Positions 15,824-24,118 of a DNA stretch of 32,000 nucleotides are shown in pieces. How positions within the stretch are numbered: the first letter of the stretch is position 1; every line of letters starts with the position of its first letter. The position numbers were made by a program, and so were the translations under genes. The DNA is from Nostoc punctiforme PCC 73102 (lineage in GTDB: Bacteria; Cyanobacteriota; Cyanobacteriia; Cyanobacteriales; Nostocaceae), in the NCBI RefSeq assembly GCF_000020025.1, contig NC_010628.1:2130001-2162000 (forward strand), in the 5' to 3' direction. The notes under the pieces were generated by a model. That model was not told the origin of the DNA, did no database searches, and was given only the letters and a program-made list of their open reading frames with translations.

Positions 15824-16843
15824 TTGAATTCGGAGCGAAGCGACGTGACCTTACCAACCACCAATCTTGGAAAAACTGGATTAACTTTTTCCCGCCTTTG
15901 TCTCGGCACCATGACCTTTGGATTGCAGACTGACGAAGAAACTTCTAGGGACATTCTCGACACCGCCGCCGATGGCGGAATCAACTTTTTAGATACAGCC
16001 GATGTTTATCCACTTGGCGGTGGGCTTGCTACTGCTGGGCGTACCGAAGAAATTGTTGGGCGCTGGCTCAAAGGTAAACGCAAACATTTTATCTTAGCTA
16101 CCAAGTGCGTCGGCCGGGTTGGCCCTGCACCTTGGGATCAGGGTGCTTCGCGCAAACATATTCTAGATGCGATCGATGCTTCTCTACGACGTTTGGGAAC
16201 CGACTATATCGACCTGTACCAATTGCACTCCGACGATACTTCCACCCCCCTCGATGAAACCCTGGAAGCGCTGGACGCGGTAGTTCGTGCTGGCAAAGTA
16301 CGCTATATCGGGGTTTCCAACTTCTTAGCCTACCGACTTGCCCGCGCCTTGGGTCGCGCCGAGACACGCAATCTAACCAGGTTCGTCTCAATTCAGCCCC
16401 GCTACAACCTGTTGTTCCGCGAAATTGAGCGAGAACTATTGCCCCTAGCTAAAGAAGAAGGACTGGGTGTAATTTCCTACAATCCCTTGGCGGGTGGTCT
16501 GCTCACCGGGAAACACATTCTCGCTCAAGGCCCCACCTCCGGTACACGTTTTACGCTAGGTGCTGCCGCAGAACGTTATCAAGAACGCTACTGGCATGAT
16601 CGCGAGTTCGATACTGTAGAGGAATTACGCACAGTCGCGGATCTCGCCGGATTGTCGCTCACAACCCTAGCGGTAGCTTGGGTTTTATCTAATCCTATTA
16701 TCACTGCCCCCATCATCGGCGCTAGTCGCCCACAACAACTTGCTGACAACTTCAAGGCAGTGGAAGTCAAACTCGACGACAGTTTGAAACAAAAGTTAGA
16801 TGACTTAACCGCCGAATACCGAAGGGGAGATTCTCTTCGTTAG
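15824..16843 (+). CDS. aldo/keto reductase
   Basis: 339 aa. LGKTGLTFSRLCLGTMTFG, INFLDTADVY, DYIDLYQLH, GKVRYIGVSNF and IIGASRPQQL are AKR signatures. The start is uncertain: a TTG at 15824 lying in a heptamer repeat, or a GTG at 15845. Confidence 0.85.
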   Translation: MNSERSDVTLPTTNLGKTGLTFSRLCLGTMTFGLQTDEETSRDILDTAADGGINFLDTADVYPLGGGLATAGRTEEIVGRWLKGKRKHFILATKCVGRVGPAPWDQGASRKHILDAIDASLRRLGTDYIDLYQLHSDDTSTPLDETLEALDAVVRAGKVRYIGVSNFLAYRLARALGRAETRNLTRFVSIQPRYNLLFREIERELLPLAKEEGLGVISYNPLAGGLLTGKHILAQGPTSGTRFTLGAAAERYQERYWHDREFDTVEELRTVADLAGLSLTTLAVAWVLSNPIITAPIIGASRPQQLADNFKAVEVKLDDSLKQKLDDLTAEYRRGDSLR

Positions 16844-17062
16844 TTTCAAGTCAGAGGCAGGGGGAACTGCACTCATTCCACTGCCGTGGAATGAAGGGGG
16901 CAACATGGATCTGACTGCGATCGCATAAGGAAGTCAGCTACAACCAAACAGCAAAAGTTTTTAAAGAGTGCTGCCAGAAGTCCCTAATACCGCCGGACGG
17001 CTTATATAGTCGTCCATTTTTATCTTGCAGAACAGCCAAAATGTGCTAGTGGATCGACTTTC

Positions 17063-18943
17063 ATGACGAAAAAGACCAGACAATTCAAATCCTTTCAACG
17101 TGCTGCTGATGCACCAAACCTGCCATCAACTCCATTCAGGTTCATTTTGTATTTCGTTAACCAGTTTCGCCAGTGGTATGTGTTAATGGTGATTCTGGAG
17201 ATGGTACACGCAACCTGTGGCATTATGTTGCCTTATGCCATTGGTGAGATCATCCGGGGTGTAACGAAATCAACGGGCGGCAGCCAGCCCATTTTTGATG
17301 CCATGAGGCAACCCCTGATGCTGTTTATCGCGTTGAGTGTGGGTGAAGTGATATTCGGGCGTTCGGCTGGACTCTTGCAAACTATCCTCCATCCAGTCCA
17401 CCGACAGCATATTGTGCGATCGCTATATGCCTACTTGCAACACCATTCGCATCGCTACATGAGTAGCAGTTTTTCTGGGGCATTGGCACATCGAATTAGC
17501 GAAACTTCTCTGGGTGTTACTCAGACGATGCAAATGCTAATTACTGAATTTATGCCAGTAATTGTTGTGTATACCGTCGCTACGACGATACTGTATCGCT
17601 CCTATCCTCCCCTGGCTGCACTCGTTGGCGTGTGGGCAGTTCTCTTCATCAGTATTTCGTTCTGGCTAGCAACTCGCTGCCGAATTTACTCCCGGAAAGC
17701 CGCAGCCGCCAGAAGTGAGACAACTGGCATCATCGTAGATACAGTAACAAATCTCACCAGTAGCCGACTGTTTGCTCGTTTGGGTTTTGAACGAGGCTAT
17801 TTGAATGAGCAATTAAGCCGCGAACTCAAACAGGTGAGAAAATCCAACTGGTACTCGGAGCGAATTCGCTGGTTTCAGTTTATCTCGGCAGCCATTCTAA
17901 AAATCAGCACCCTGTATTACTCACTTTCCCTTTGGAGTCAAGGGAAGATCGCTACTGCTGATTTCGTTGTCGCAACTAGCTTATCGTTATTAATAATCAG
18001 TGAAGCCCGGAATTTGAGCCGCCGCTTTCTGGAATTTTTTGAACATATCGGCAATGTCGCCAATGGTGTCTTTACCATCGTTCAACCCCACGAGTTGGTC
18101 GATCGCGATCGCGCGATCGCACACCCAATTACCCAAGGTAAGATTGAGTTTCGCCGAGTGAATTTCAATTACTCTGATGAAAAGAAAGTTTTCAACAACC
18201 TTTCTGTCACCATCCAAGCCGGACAGCGTGTCGGACTGGTGGGCTTCTCTGGTTCTGGAAAATCCAGCTTTGTCAATCTAATTCTGCGTTTGTTCGACCC
18301 CCAATCTGGACAGATTATTATTGATGGGGTCGATATTCGAGACATGACTCAGGATGCCCTACACGCACAGATCAGCTTGATTCCCCAAGATCCGTCTCTG
18401 TTCCATCGCACTTTGCTAGAAAATATTCGTTACGGACGCTTGGATGCAACCGATGAGGAAGTGTTCGAGGCGGCGCGAAAGGCTAATGCTCACGATTTCA
18501 TTATTCAAAGTCAGGATGGTTACAATTCTCTGGTGGGCGAACGTGGTGTCAAGTTATCTGGAGGGCAGAGACAACGCATTGCGATCGCTCGGGTAATCCT
18601 CAAAGATGCGCCGATTCTGATTTTGGATGAAGCCACCTCTAGCCTCGATTCAATCACCGAAAAAGCGATCCAAGATACCCTCGACTTAGCCATGAATGGG
18701 AAAACAGTCATTGTGGTGGCTCATCGACTATCTACCATTGTCCATCTAGACCGGATTTTGGTGTTTGACAAAGGTCACATTATCGAAGATGGTTCCCACA
18801 CCAAACTGCTGGCACTCGGCGGCGCTTACCACAGGTTATGGAAAATGCAGGCGGGTGGATTTATCCCAGAAAATCCCGGCGAGGAACGCATACATGAGGT
18901 TCGCACTCGCACAGATAACGTCCAAAAGGGAATGATCGCTTGA
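17063..18943 (+). CDS. ABC transporter, fused permease/ATPase (MsbA-like exporter, no peptidase domain)
   Basis: 626 aa. A six-helix N-terminal half, then Walker A GFSGSGKSS, signature LSGGQRQR, Walker B ILILDEATS and an H-loop VAHRLST. Confidence 0.9.
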   Translation: MTKKTRQFKSFQRAADAPNLPSTPFRFILYFVNQFRQWYVLMVILEMVHATCGIMLPYAIGEIIRGVTKSTGGSQPIFDAMRQPLMLFIALSVGEVIFGRSAGLLQTILHPVHRQHIVRSLYAYLQHHSHRYMSSSFSGALAHRISETSLGVTQTMQMLITEFMPVIVVYTVATTILYRSYPPLAALVGVWAVLFISISFWLATRCRIYSRKAAAARSETTGIIVDTVTNLTSSRLFARLGFERGYLNEQLSRELKQVRKSNWYSERIRWFQFISAAILKISTLYYSLSLWSQGKIATADFVVATSLSLLIISEARNLSRRFLEFFEHIGNVANGVFTIVQPHELVDRDRAIAHPITQGKIEFRRVNFNYSDEKKVFNNLSVTIQAGQRVGLVGFSGSGKSSFVNLILRLFDPQSGQIIIDGVDIRDMTQDALHAQISLIPQDPSLFHRTLLENIRYGRLDATDEEVFEAARKANAHDFIIQSQDGYNSLVGERGVKLSGGQRQRIAIARVILKDAPILILDEATSSLDSITEKAIQDTLDLAMNGKTVIVVAHRLSTIVHLDRILVFDKGHIIEDGSHTKLLALGGAYHRLWKMQAGGFIPENPGEERIHEVRTRTDNVQKGMIA

Positions 18944-19165
18944 TATTTAGTACGACTTGAGATAGTATACGTGCAAATTTAATTCAAGGATTGTGCGGGA
19001 AAGGTAATTGAAGTAAGGTGTGTTATGCCGGAAGCTAACGCACCCGGAATTGTCAAAAGGCAAAATAAAGAAAAATGTTCTCAAGCCCCTAAATTTATTT
19101 ATGGGGATTATCTTTTTACTTCGCCAACAGCATCGATTGCTGATTTGACCTCATTTCCTAGCACC

Positions 19166-19636
19166 ATGACTTCAGATACCCAACCCATTTTTGATACCCT
19201 GACTGACGAAGGATATGCCATCGACTGGAATCTCCTGCTGACTGAAATCCTGACCACCTTCGACTGCTCTACAGGTACTATCCATACCTTTGATCGGGAC
19301 AGCGAGTTATTGCACTTAAAGGCTCACCAAGGCATTCCAGAATTCCTGTTACCTAAAATGACGATAATTCCTATTGGTAAAGGGATGGCTGGTGTCGCCG
19401 CCGAACGTAAACGACCCGTACAGATTTGCAACCTGCAAACCGACGAACAAGGGGTGGTCAGACCTTCGGCAAAAGAAACCCAGGTAAAAGGCTCCATCAC
19501 AGTGCCACTTCTGCTGAATGAACGATTGCATGGAACCTTGGGCATTGCCAAGCCGGTTTCCTACGAATTTACACCCACAGAAGAAGAGACACTAATGGAG
19601 ATTGGAGAGGCAATTAGCCGGAAAATCATCCGTTAA
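19166..19636 (+). CDS. stand-alone GAF-domain protein
   Basis: GAF-like core: TIHTFDRDSELLHLKAHQGIP...IGKGMAGVAAERKRPVQICNL...SITVPLLLNERLHGTLGI. I prefer the ATG at 19166 because the longer track ORF (from 19025) reads through a copy of a dispersed repeat. caagcccctaaatttatttatgg at about 19083-19105 is identical to 15706-15728. The 19025 start does have an AAGGTG upstream, so this remains open. Confidence 0.65.
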   Translation: MTSDTQPIFDTLTDEGYAIDWNLLLTEILTTFDCSTGTIHTFDRDSELLHLKAHQGIPEFLLPKMTIIPIGKGMAGVAAERKRPVQICNLQTDEQGVVRPSAKETQVKGSITVPLLLNERLHGTLGIAKPVSYEFTPTEEETLMEIGEAISRKIIR

Positions 19637-19676
19637 CAAGTTACAGCAGTTTTCATGTATTTGAAGCACATCTAAC

Positions 19677-19705
19677 GTAAGGGCACAGTATTGCTGTGCC
19701 CTTAC
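19677..19705 (+). terminator. stem-loop after the GAF gene
   Basis: GTAAGGGCACAG tatt GCTGTGCCCTTAC is a 12-bp perfect stem, but it lacks a clear T-run. Confidence 0.4.
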
Positions 19706-19854
19706 CGCATTGTCTATTTAACCTGAAAACAGCTGTAAATTAATTAACTTGCAACTGCAATCGGCTTTTTGCGGGTGGGACGCTTGCGGTTTGATTTTTT
19801 CTTCACTCTAGACAATTGAAATTGTTTTTACCAGTTCTCTGTATAACATTCGCG

Positions 19855-19970
19855 CAAGTCGATGCATTCACAATGCAAGTCGATGCATTCACAATGCAAG
19901 TCGATGCATCCACAATGTAAGCCGATGCATCCACAATGTAAGCCGATGCATTCACAATGCAAGCCAATGC
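19855..19970. repeat. 21-bp tandem repeat array (about 5.5 units) of palindromic sites, interrupted by IS4
   Basis: The unit is CAAGTCGATGCATTCACAATG. Each unit carries TGCATTcacAATGCA (6-bp inverted arms, 3-nt spacer) at 19863, 19884, 19905 (degenerate), 19926 (degenerate) and 19947. The array resumes after the IS at 21242. Confidence 0.85.
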
Positions 19971-21241
19971 CTGAAGGGGGGACAAGCACCCGAAAGCCTT
20001 TGTGCTGTATTAAGTTGAGCGAATTATGGTAAAAAAAGATAGGTCAGTATTGTCAATAAGACCTATCTGTTGAAAATGTTACCTGAATTATACCAGAAGC
20101 ATCTACAAAGTTTACTTTCACAGTCCGAATTAATATTTCTGACGCTGGTGATTAACGTAGTACAAAATATCAAAGATGTGAAACTAGAGAAAATATCAGA
20201 GTCGCGACCATTATTCATTCAATGCCAGTCGAGACGGAAGAAGTTACAAAGGTTTCTATCATTACCAATATTGTTGAATATAGAAGAATTATGGTTTCCC
20301 ATAATTGAACGATGGTTAGCTCAAACTTTCCTCGGAAATCACCGAATCTATTTAGCAATTGATAGGACGAATTGGAAAAGAAAAAATCTACTAATGATTA
20401 GTGTAATTTTTCAAAAAAGAGCTATACCGATATACTTTAAGCTTTTAGCAAAATTAGGTAGTAGTAACTTATCAGAACAAACTAAGGCATTATCAAAGAT
20501 AATTCCCTTATTTAAAAACTATAAAACGGTAGTGTTAGGAGATAGAGAGTTTTGTTCAGTGAGCTTGGCGGAATGGCTTGATGAACAAGGGTTTGAGTTT
20601 TGTTTGAGACTCAAGAAAAATGAGAATATTGAGTTGAAAGCTCATTTATGGTGCGAAATAAAAGATTTAGGTTTAAAACCAGGAACATCTTTTTTTGTAT
20701 CAGATGCAACGGTAACAAAAACTAAACAAGTGAAGGGATTTAATGTGGCTTGCAAATGGAAAAAGAATTACCGTCAAAACAAAGCCAAAGAAGGATGGTT
20801 TATTTTAACTAACATGAATAGTAAAATAACGGCGATTCAGGCATATCAAAAGCGCTTTGATATAGAAGAGATGTTTAGAGATTTTAAAAGTGGCGGTTAC
20901 AATTTAGAGAAGACAAATGTGGAAGGTAAGCGGTTTATTGCTTTAGTTTTAATCATCTCATTAGCTGACACTATTGCTACATTACAAGGTCAGAATATTA
21001 AGAGTAAAGGAATTGCAAAATATCTGGCACGTCCCAAAGAATATGGACGTTCTCACAGAAGGCATAGTAACTTTTATATCGGTCTTTATGCACAGAACTG
21101 GGTTAATTTCATTGGTGATTGTTGGAGTTTAGTTCAAGATTTAATGCGATTAAGTCGTCATAAACTAGAGAATTATTTACAAGGGATGAGAGCTATGAAG
21201 CTTATACAGTCAGCTTTATAGGCTTCATGTCGCCCCTTCAG
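19971..21241 (+). mobile_element. IS4-family insertion sequence (1271 bp), apparently intact
   Basis: Ends CTGAAGGGGGGACA and, for the reverse complement of the right end, CTGAAGGGGCGACA. There is a 9-bp direct repeat AGCCAATGC at 19962-19970 and 21242-21250, and a single uninterrupted transposase ORF. Confidence 0.85.
20070..21221 (+). CDS. IS4-family DDE transposase
   Basis: 383 aa. LAIDRTNW and VLGDREF supply the first two acidic residues. YQKRFDIEEMFRDFK fits the IS4 Y-2-R-3-E-6-K signature. The start is a TTG at 20070 or an ATG at 20076. Confidence 0.85.
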   Translation: MKMLPELYQKHLQSLLSQSELIFLTLVINVVQNIKDVKLEKISESRPLFIQCQSRRKKLQRFLSLPILLNIEELWFPIIERWLAQTFLGNHRIYLAIDRTNWKRKNLLMISVIFQKRAIPIYFKLLAKLGSSNLSEQTKALSKIIPLFKNYKTVVLGDREFCSVSLAEWLDEQGFEFCLRLKKNENIELKAHLWCEIKDLGLKPGTSFFVSDATVTKTKQVKGFNVACKWKKNYRQNKAKEGWFILTNMNSKITAIQAYQKRFDIEEMFRDFKSGGYNLEKTNVEGKRFIALVLIISLADTIATLQGQNIKSKGIAKYLARPKEYGRSHRRHSNFYIGLYAQNWVNFIGDCWSLVQDLMRLSRHKLENYLQGMRAMKLIQSAL

Positions 21242-21521
21242 AGCCAATGCATTAATTTAACTTTATAATGCGATCGCAAAACGTCTCCATAAGAATCGCT
21301 TGGCGCGGACAGTATTAATTTTTGCTAATTGCTGCTGTAAGTTAACCTAGAAGAGGTTCTTCTTAATTAAAGACTCGAGAAACTGAAATACTGATCGCAA
21401 TTTGAGATGTGTTAAGTACAAAGTTGACTTTATACGTAACGCGCTCGCTCGGCTACTTTTTTGGTTAAATGTTTGCAGGTTACAATAATAAATAACTACA
21501 ACATTTTGCTAAAAACAGTGT

Positions 21522-21728
21522 ATAAAGTTCAATGTAATACTCGATCGTGATGAAGATGGGGTTTGGATTGTCGAGTGCCCCAGTATACCTGGTTGTGTTA
21601 GTCAAGGTCAGTTAAGAGAAGAAGCCCTCGAAAATATCAAGGATGCGATCGCCGCTTGTCTTCAAGTTCGTGCAGAACTTAGTTTACCGCTCACTGTGGA
21701 AACTCATCAAGTAAAAGTTACAGCTTAA
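21522..21728 (+). pseudogene. hicB: HicB-family antitoxin-like gene with no canonical start codon and no hicA partner
   Basis: My translation is (I)KFNVILDRDEDGVWIVECPSIPGCVSQGQLREEALENIKDAIAACLQVRAELSLPLTVETHQVKVTA*, a typical UPF0150/HicB core. The frame opens after a TAA and has ATA where Met is expected. A GTG at 21518 is out of frame by one A in an AAA run. It is absent from the ORF track for this reason. Confidence 0.55.
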
Positions 21729-21904
21729 GCATGGCATCTGTCCTTCTGTTTCTTCATCCAGCGTTGGGATAATTTACCTCTAAACTGAGTTCAGCAATTG
21801 CTAAAGCTTTTTGTTACAGTATTCTATAAAATCCAGATGACGAGAATAGGCGATCGCTAATTGCAATTGCCAGTTTATTGCTCAAAATCTAGAACGCAGT
21901 TGCT

Positions 21905-24076
21905 ATGATCAAACGCCTGCTTGTGGTCGAGTCTCCGGGAAAAGTCAAAAAACTCAGTCAAATTCTGGGTTCGGATTGGAAAGTTCTAGCCAGTTGTGGC
22001 CACATCCGAGAACTCAGCAATGAAGGGGACGATTCCTTGGGCTTCGTCATGGACGGCAGTAATGTTCGGTGCAATTACGTTCCGCGTGACCAACGAGCGA
22101 AGGAAACAATTCAGAAACTCAAGTCTGCGGTGAGGCAGGTTGATGAAGTTGTCTTAGCAACTGACCCAGACCGGGAAGGCGAAACAATCGCTTGGCATCT
22201 CAAAGAAACACTGGGTTTAAAGGAACCGAAACGAGTAATTTATACTGAGATTACAGCATCGGCGGTGCAGAGTGCGATCGCTAATCCCAAAAAGCTAGAC
22301 CAAAATTTAATCGGTGCTGGGTTGTGCCGAGATTGTCTAGATAAGTTGGTAGGTTATAAAGGTAGCCCTTTAGTTTGGGCATTGAATAACGGCGCTAAGA
22401 GTGTTGGCAGAGTCCAAAGCGCCACATTGCACTTAATTTGTCAGCGAGAAAACGAAATTCTGGCTTTTGTCCCCCAAGATTACTGGAGTGTCTGGGTAGA
22501 TTATGCTGAAGGATTTCGGGCTTTTTACAAAGGGACGGTCGATTCTGCAAAAGATGCAGCAGACCAAGAAACTGAAACTAACGATGACGCGAAAGTAGGT
22601 AATAGTCCAGAAACACCGGAATCTAAGCGCGTTCTTTCCGAAGCTGAGGCTACACGTTTAGTTGAAGAAGCACAGCGACATCCTCATCAGGTGATTCATT
22701 TTGAAGGAAAAATCGTTAACCGCCAGCCACCTCCACCATTTACAACTTCTAGCCTTCAGCAAGCAGCCGGTTCAAAGCTGAGGTTTGCTCCTGACAAAAC
22801 TATGATTGTGGCCCAAAAGCTTTATGAGGCAGGGCTGATAACATATATGCGAACAGACTCAGTAATGCTGAGTCCAGAATTTTGTGCCAGCGCCCGTAAA
22901 TGGTTAGAGCAAAATGATCCGCAGAATGTACCGCACCAAGTCGCCAAGCATCGCAGTAGCAAATCGGCTCAAGAAGCACATGAAGCGATTCGTCCAACTG
23001 ATGTGTTTCGTCCCTCAGTTCAGTTGCGTTTAGAACTTCCTGATGATGAGTTTAATCTGTATGTGATGATCTGGAAACGGTCAATTGCTTCTCAGTGTCG
23101 TGCTGCTCAATTGCGTAAAACTTTGGTGATTACTCAATCTGGTTCCTTACTGTGGTCAGCCAGAGGGCAAGTGATTGAATTTTACGGTTATGCTCGGTAC
23201 TGGAATAATCTCAGCAAGGATAGTGTTTTACCTTCATTACAACAGGGACAAGCATTAAAACTGGAGAATGCTGGACATGAGAAAAAGCAGACGCAGCCAC
23301 CACCCCGTTACAGTGAACCAAAATTGGTACAGTTGATGGAACGTAAAGGAATTGGTCGCCCAAGTACCTATGCTCCTACTGTTGCTACTTTAAAAAAACG
23401 AAATTATGTTGAGTTAAAAAAAGATCATCTGCAACCGACAGCGTTAGGGTTAGAAGTTGATGCATTTTTGCTCAAAGCACTGCCGGATTTACTAGAGGCG
23501 GAATTCACAGCAAAAATGGAAGATGCTCTTGATGCAATTTCTGAAGGAAAAAACTCTTGGCAGCATTATTTAACTAGTTGGAATCAGAATTACTTTATAC
23601 CAGCGCTCTCCAAAGCTAAAACTGTAGTTGCGAGTTCCCCAAAAGGTAAAGCTAATGTGATAACTGAGCGCAAATATGAAACTTCCAAAACGCGATGCCC
23701 TGAATGCAAAAATTTTCTTGCCAAAATTCCGAGTACTAAAGTCAAAAAGAAATATTTCCTCAAATGCACAAAAGGCTGTGAAAATGTCGTGCTATTTTGG
23801 AGCGACTTTAACAAAACTTGGCAGCCACCACAAACTAAAACAGTCCAAGTTGAAAATCAACAAAAGCCTCCCGTGAAGATGACGGCATATCCCTGCCCAG
23901 TATGTAAGAAACCTTTAGAGGAGTACAGTTACATCAAAGAAGGGCAGAGTAAGAAAATGTTGCGATGTTGTGACCCACAAGCTCGTAAAGATACCAAACA
24001 TAAAGATGTGGCTTATTTCAGTACGCCAAAAGGGTGGTGGAGTCCTAAGTTTGGGGAGTTAGGAGTTAAAAGTTAG
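21905..24076 (+). CDS. topA: type IA DNA topoisomerase (TopA-like, compact 723-aa form with C-terminal zinc ribbons)
   Basis: TOPRIM start LLVVESPGKVKKL and DPDREGE, active-site tyrosine context GLITYMRTDS, and C-terminal CPECKNF..CTKGC and CPVCKK..LRCC zinc-ribbon motifs. The last residues (GELGVKS*) and the stop codon are encoded by an AGTTAGG heptamer repeat run. Whether this is the housekeeping topA or an accessory copy cannot be decided from this window. Confidence 0.85.
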   Translation: MIKRLLVVESPGKVKKLSQILGSDWKVLASCGHIRELSNEGDDSLGFVMDGSNVRCNYVPRDQRAKETIQKLKSAVRQVDEVVLATDPDREGETIAWHLKETLGLKEPKRVIYTEITASAVQSAIANPKKLDQNLIGAGLCRDCLDKLVGYKGSPLVWALNNGAKSVGRVQSATLHLICQRENEILAFVPQDYWSVWVDYAEGFRAFYKGTVDSAKDAADQETETNDDAKVGNSPETPESKRVLSEAEATRLVEEAQRHPHQVIHFEGKIVNRQPPPPFTTSSLQQAAGSKLRFAPDKTMIVAQKLYEAGLITYMRTDSVMLSPEFCASARKWLEQNDPQNVPHQVAKHRSSKSAQEAHEAIRPTDVFRPSVQLRLELPDDEFNLYVMIWKRSIASQCRAAQLRKTLVITQSGSLLWSARGQVIEFYGYARYWNNLSKDSVLPSLQQGQALKLENAGHEKKQTQPPPRYSEPKLVQLMERKGIGRPSTYAPTVATLKKRNYVELKKDHLQPTALGLEVDAFLLKALPDLLEAEFTAKMEDALDAISEGKNSWQHYLTSWNQNYFIPALSKAKTVVASSPKGKANVITERKYETSKTRCPECKNFLAKIPSTKVKKKYFLKCTKGCENVVLFWSDFNKTWQPPQTKTVQVENQQKPPVKMTAYPCPVCKKPLEEYSYIKEGQSKKMLRCCDPQARKDTKHKDVAYFSTPKGWWSPKFGELGVKS

Positions 24077-24093
24077 GAGTTAGGAGTTAGGGA
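24056..24093. repeat. STRR-like heptamer run (AGTTAGG) overlapping the topoisomerase stop codon
   Basis: gagttaggagttaaaagttaggagttaggagttaggga. Related runs occur at about 341-362, 487-510 and 3348-3366. Confidence 0.8.
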
Positions 24094-24118
24094 CTTCCAA
24101 GAAATAAATTACCCAAAT

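Noticed and set aside
19855-19970. Possible CRISPR array
   Set aside because: The repeats are directly adjacent with no unique spacers, the unit is only 21 bp, and no cas genes are present. It is a tandem repeat rather than a CRISPR array.
19803-19985. 60-aa minus-strand ORF with the repetitive translation (ASAYIVD/ASTCIVN)n
   Set aside because: It is merely the 21-bp tandem array read in frame (21 is a multiple of 3), and it runs into the IS4 end.
21729-21770. Short ORF MASVLLFLHPALG* directly after hicB, as a possible hicA remnant
   Set aside because: It has only 13 codons and no similarity I can recognise to the HicA dsRBD-like fold motifs. There is not enough signal to call it.
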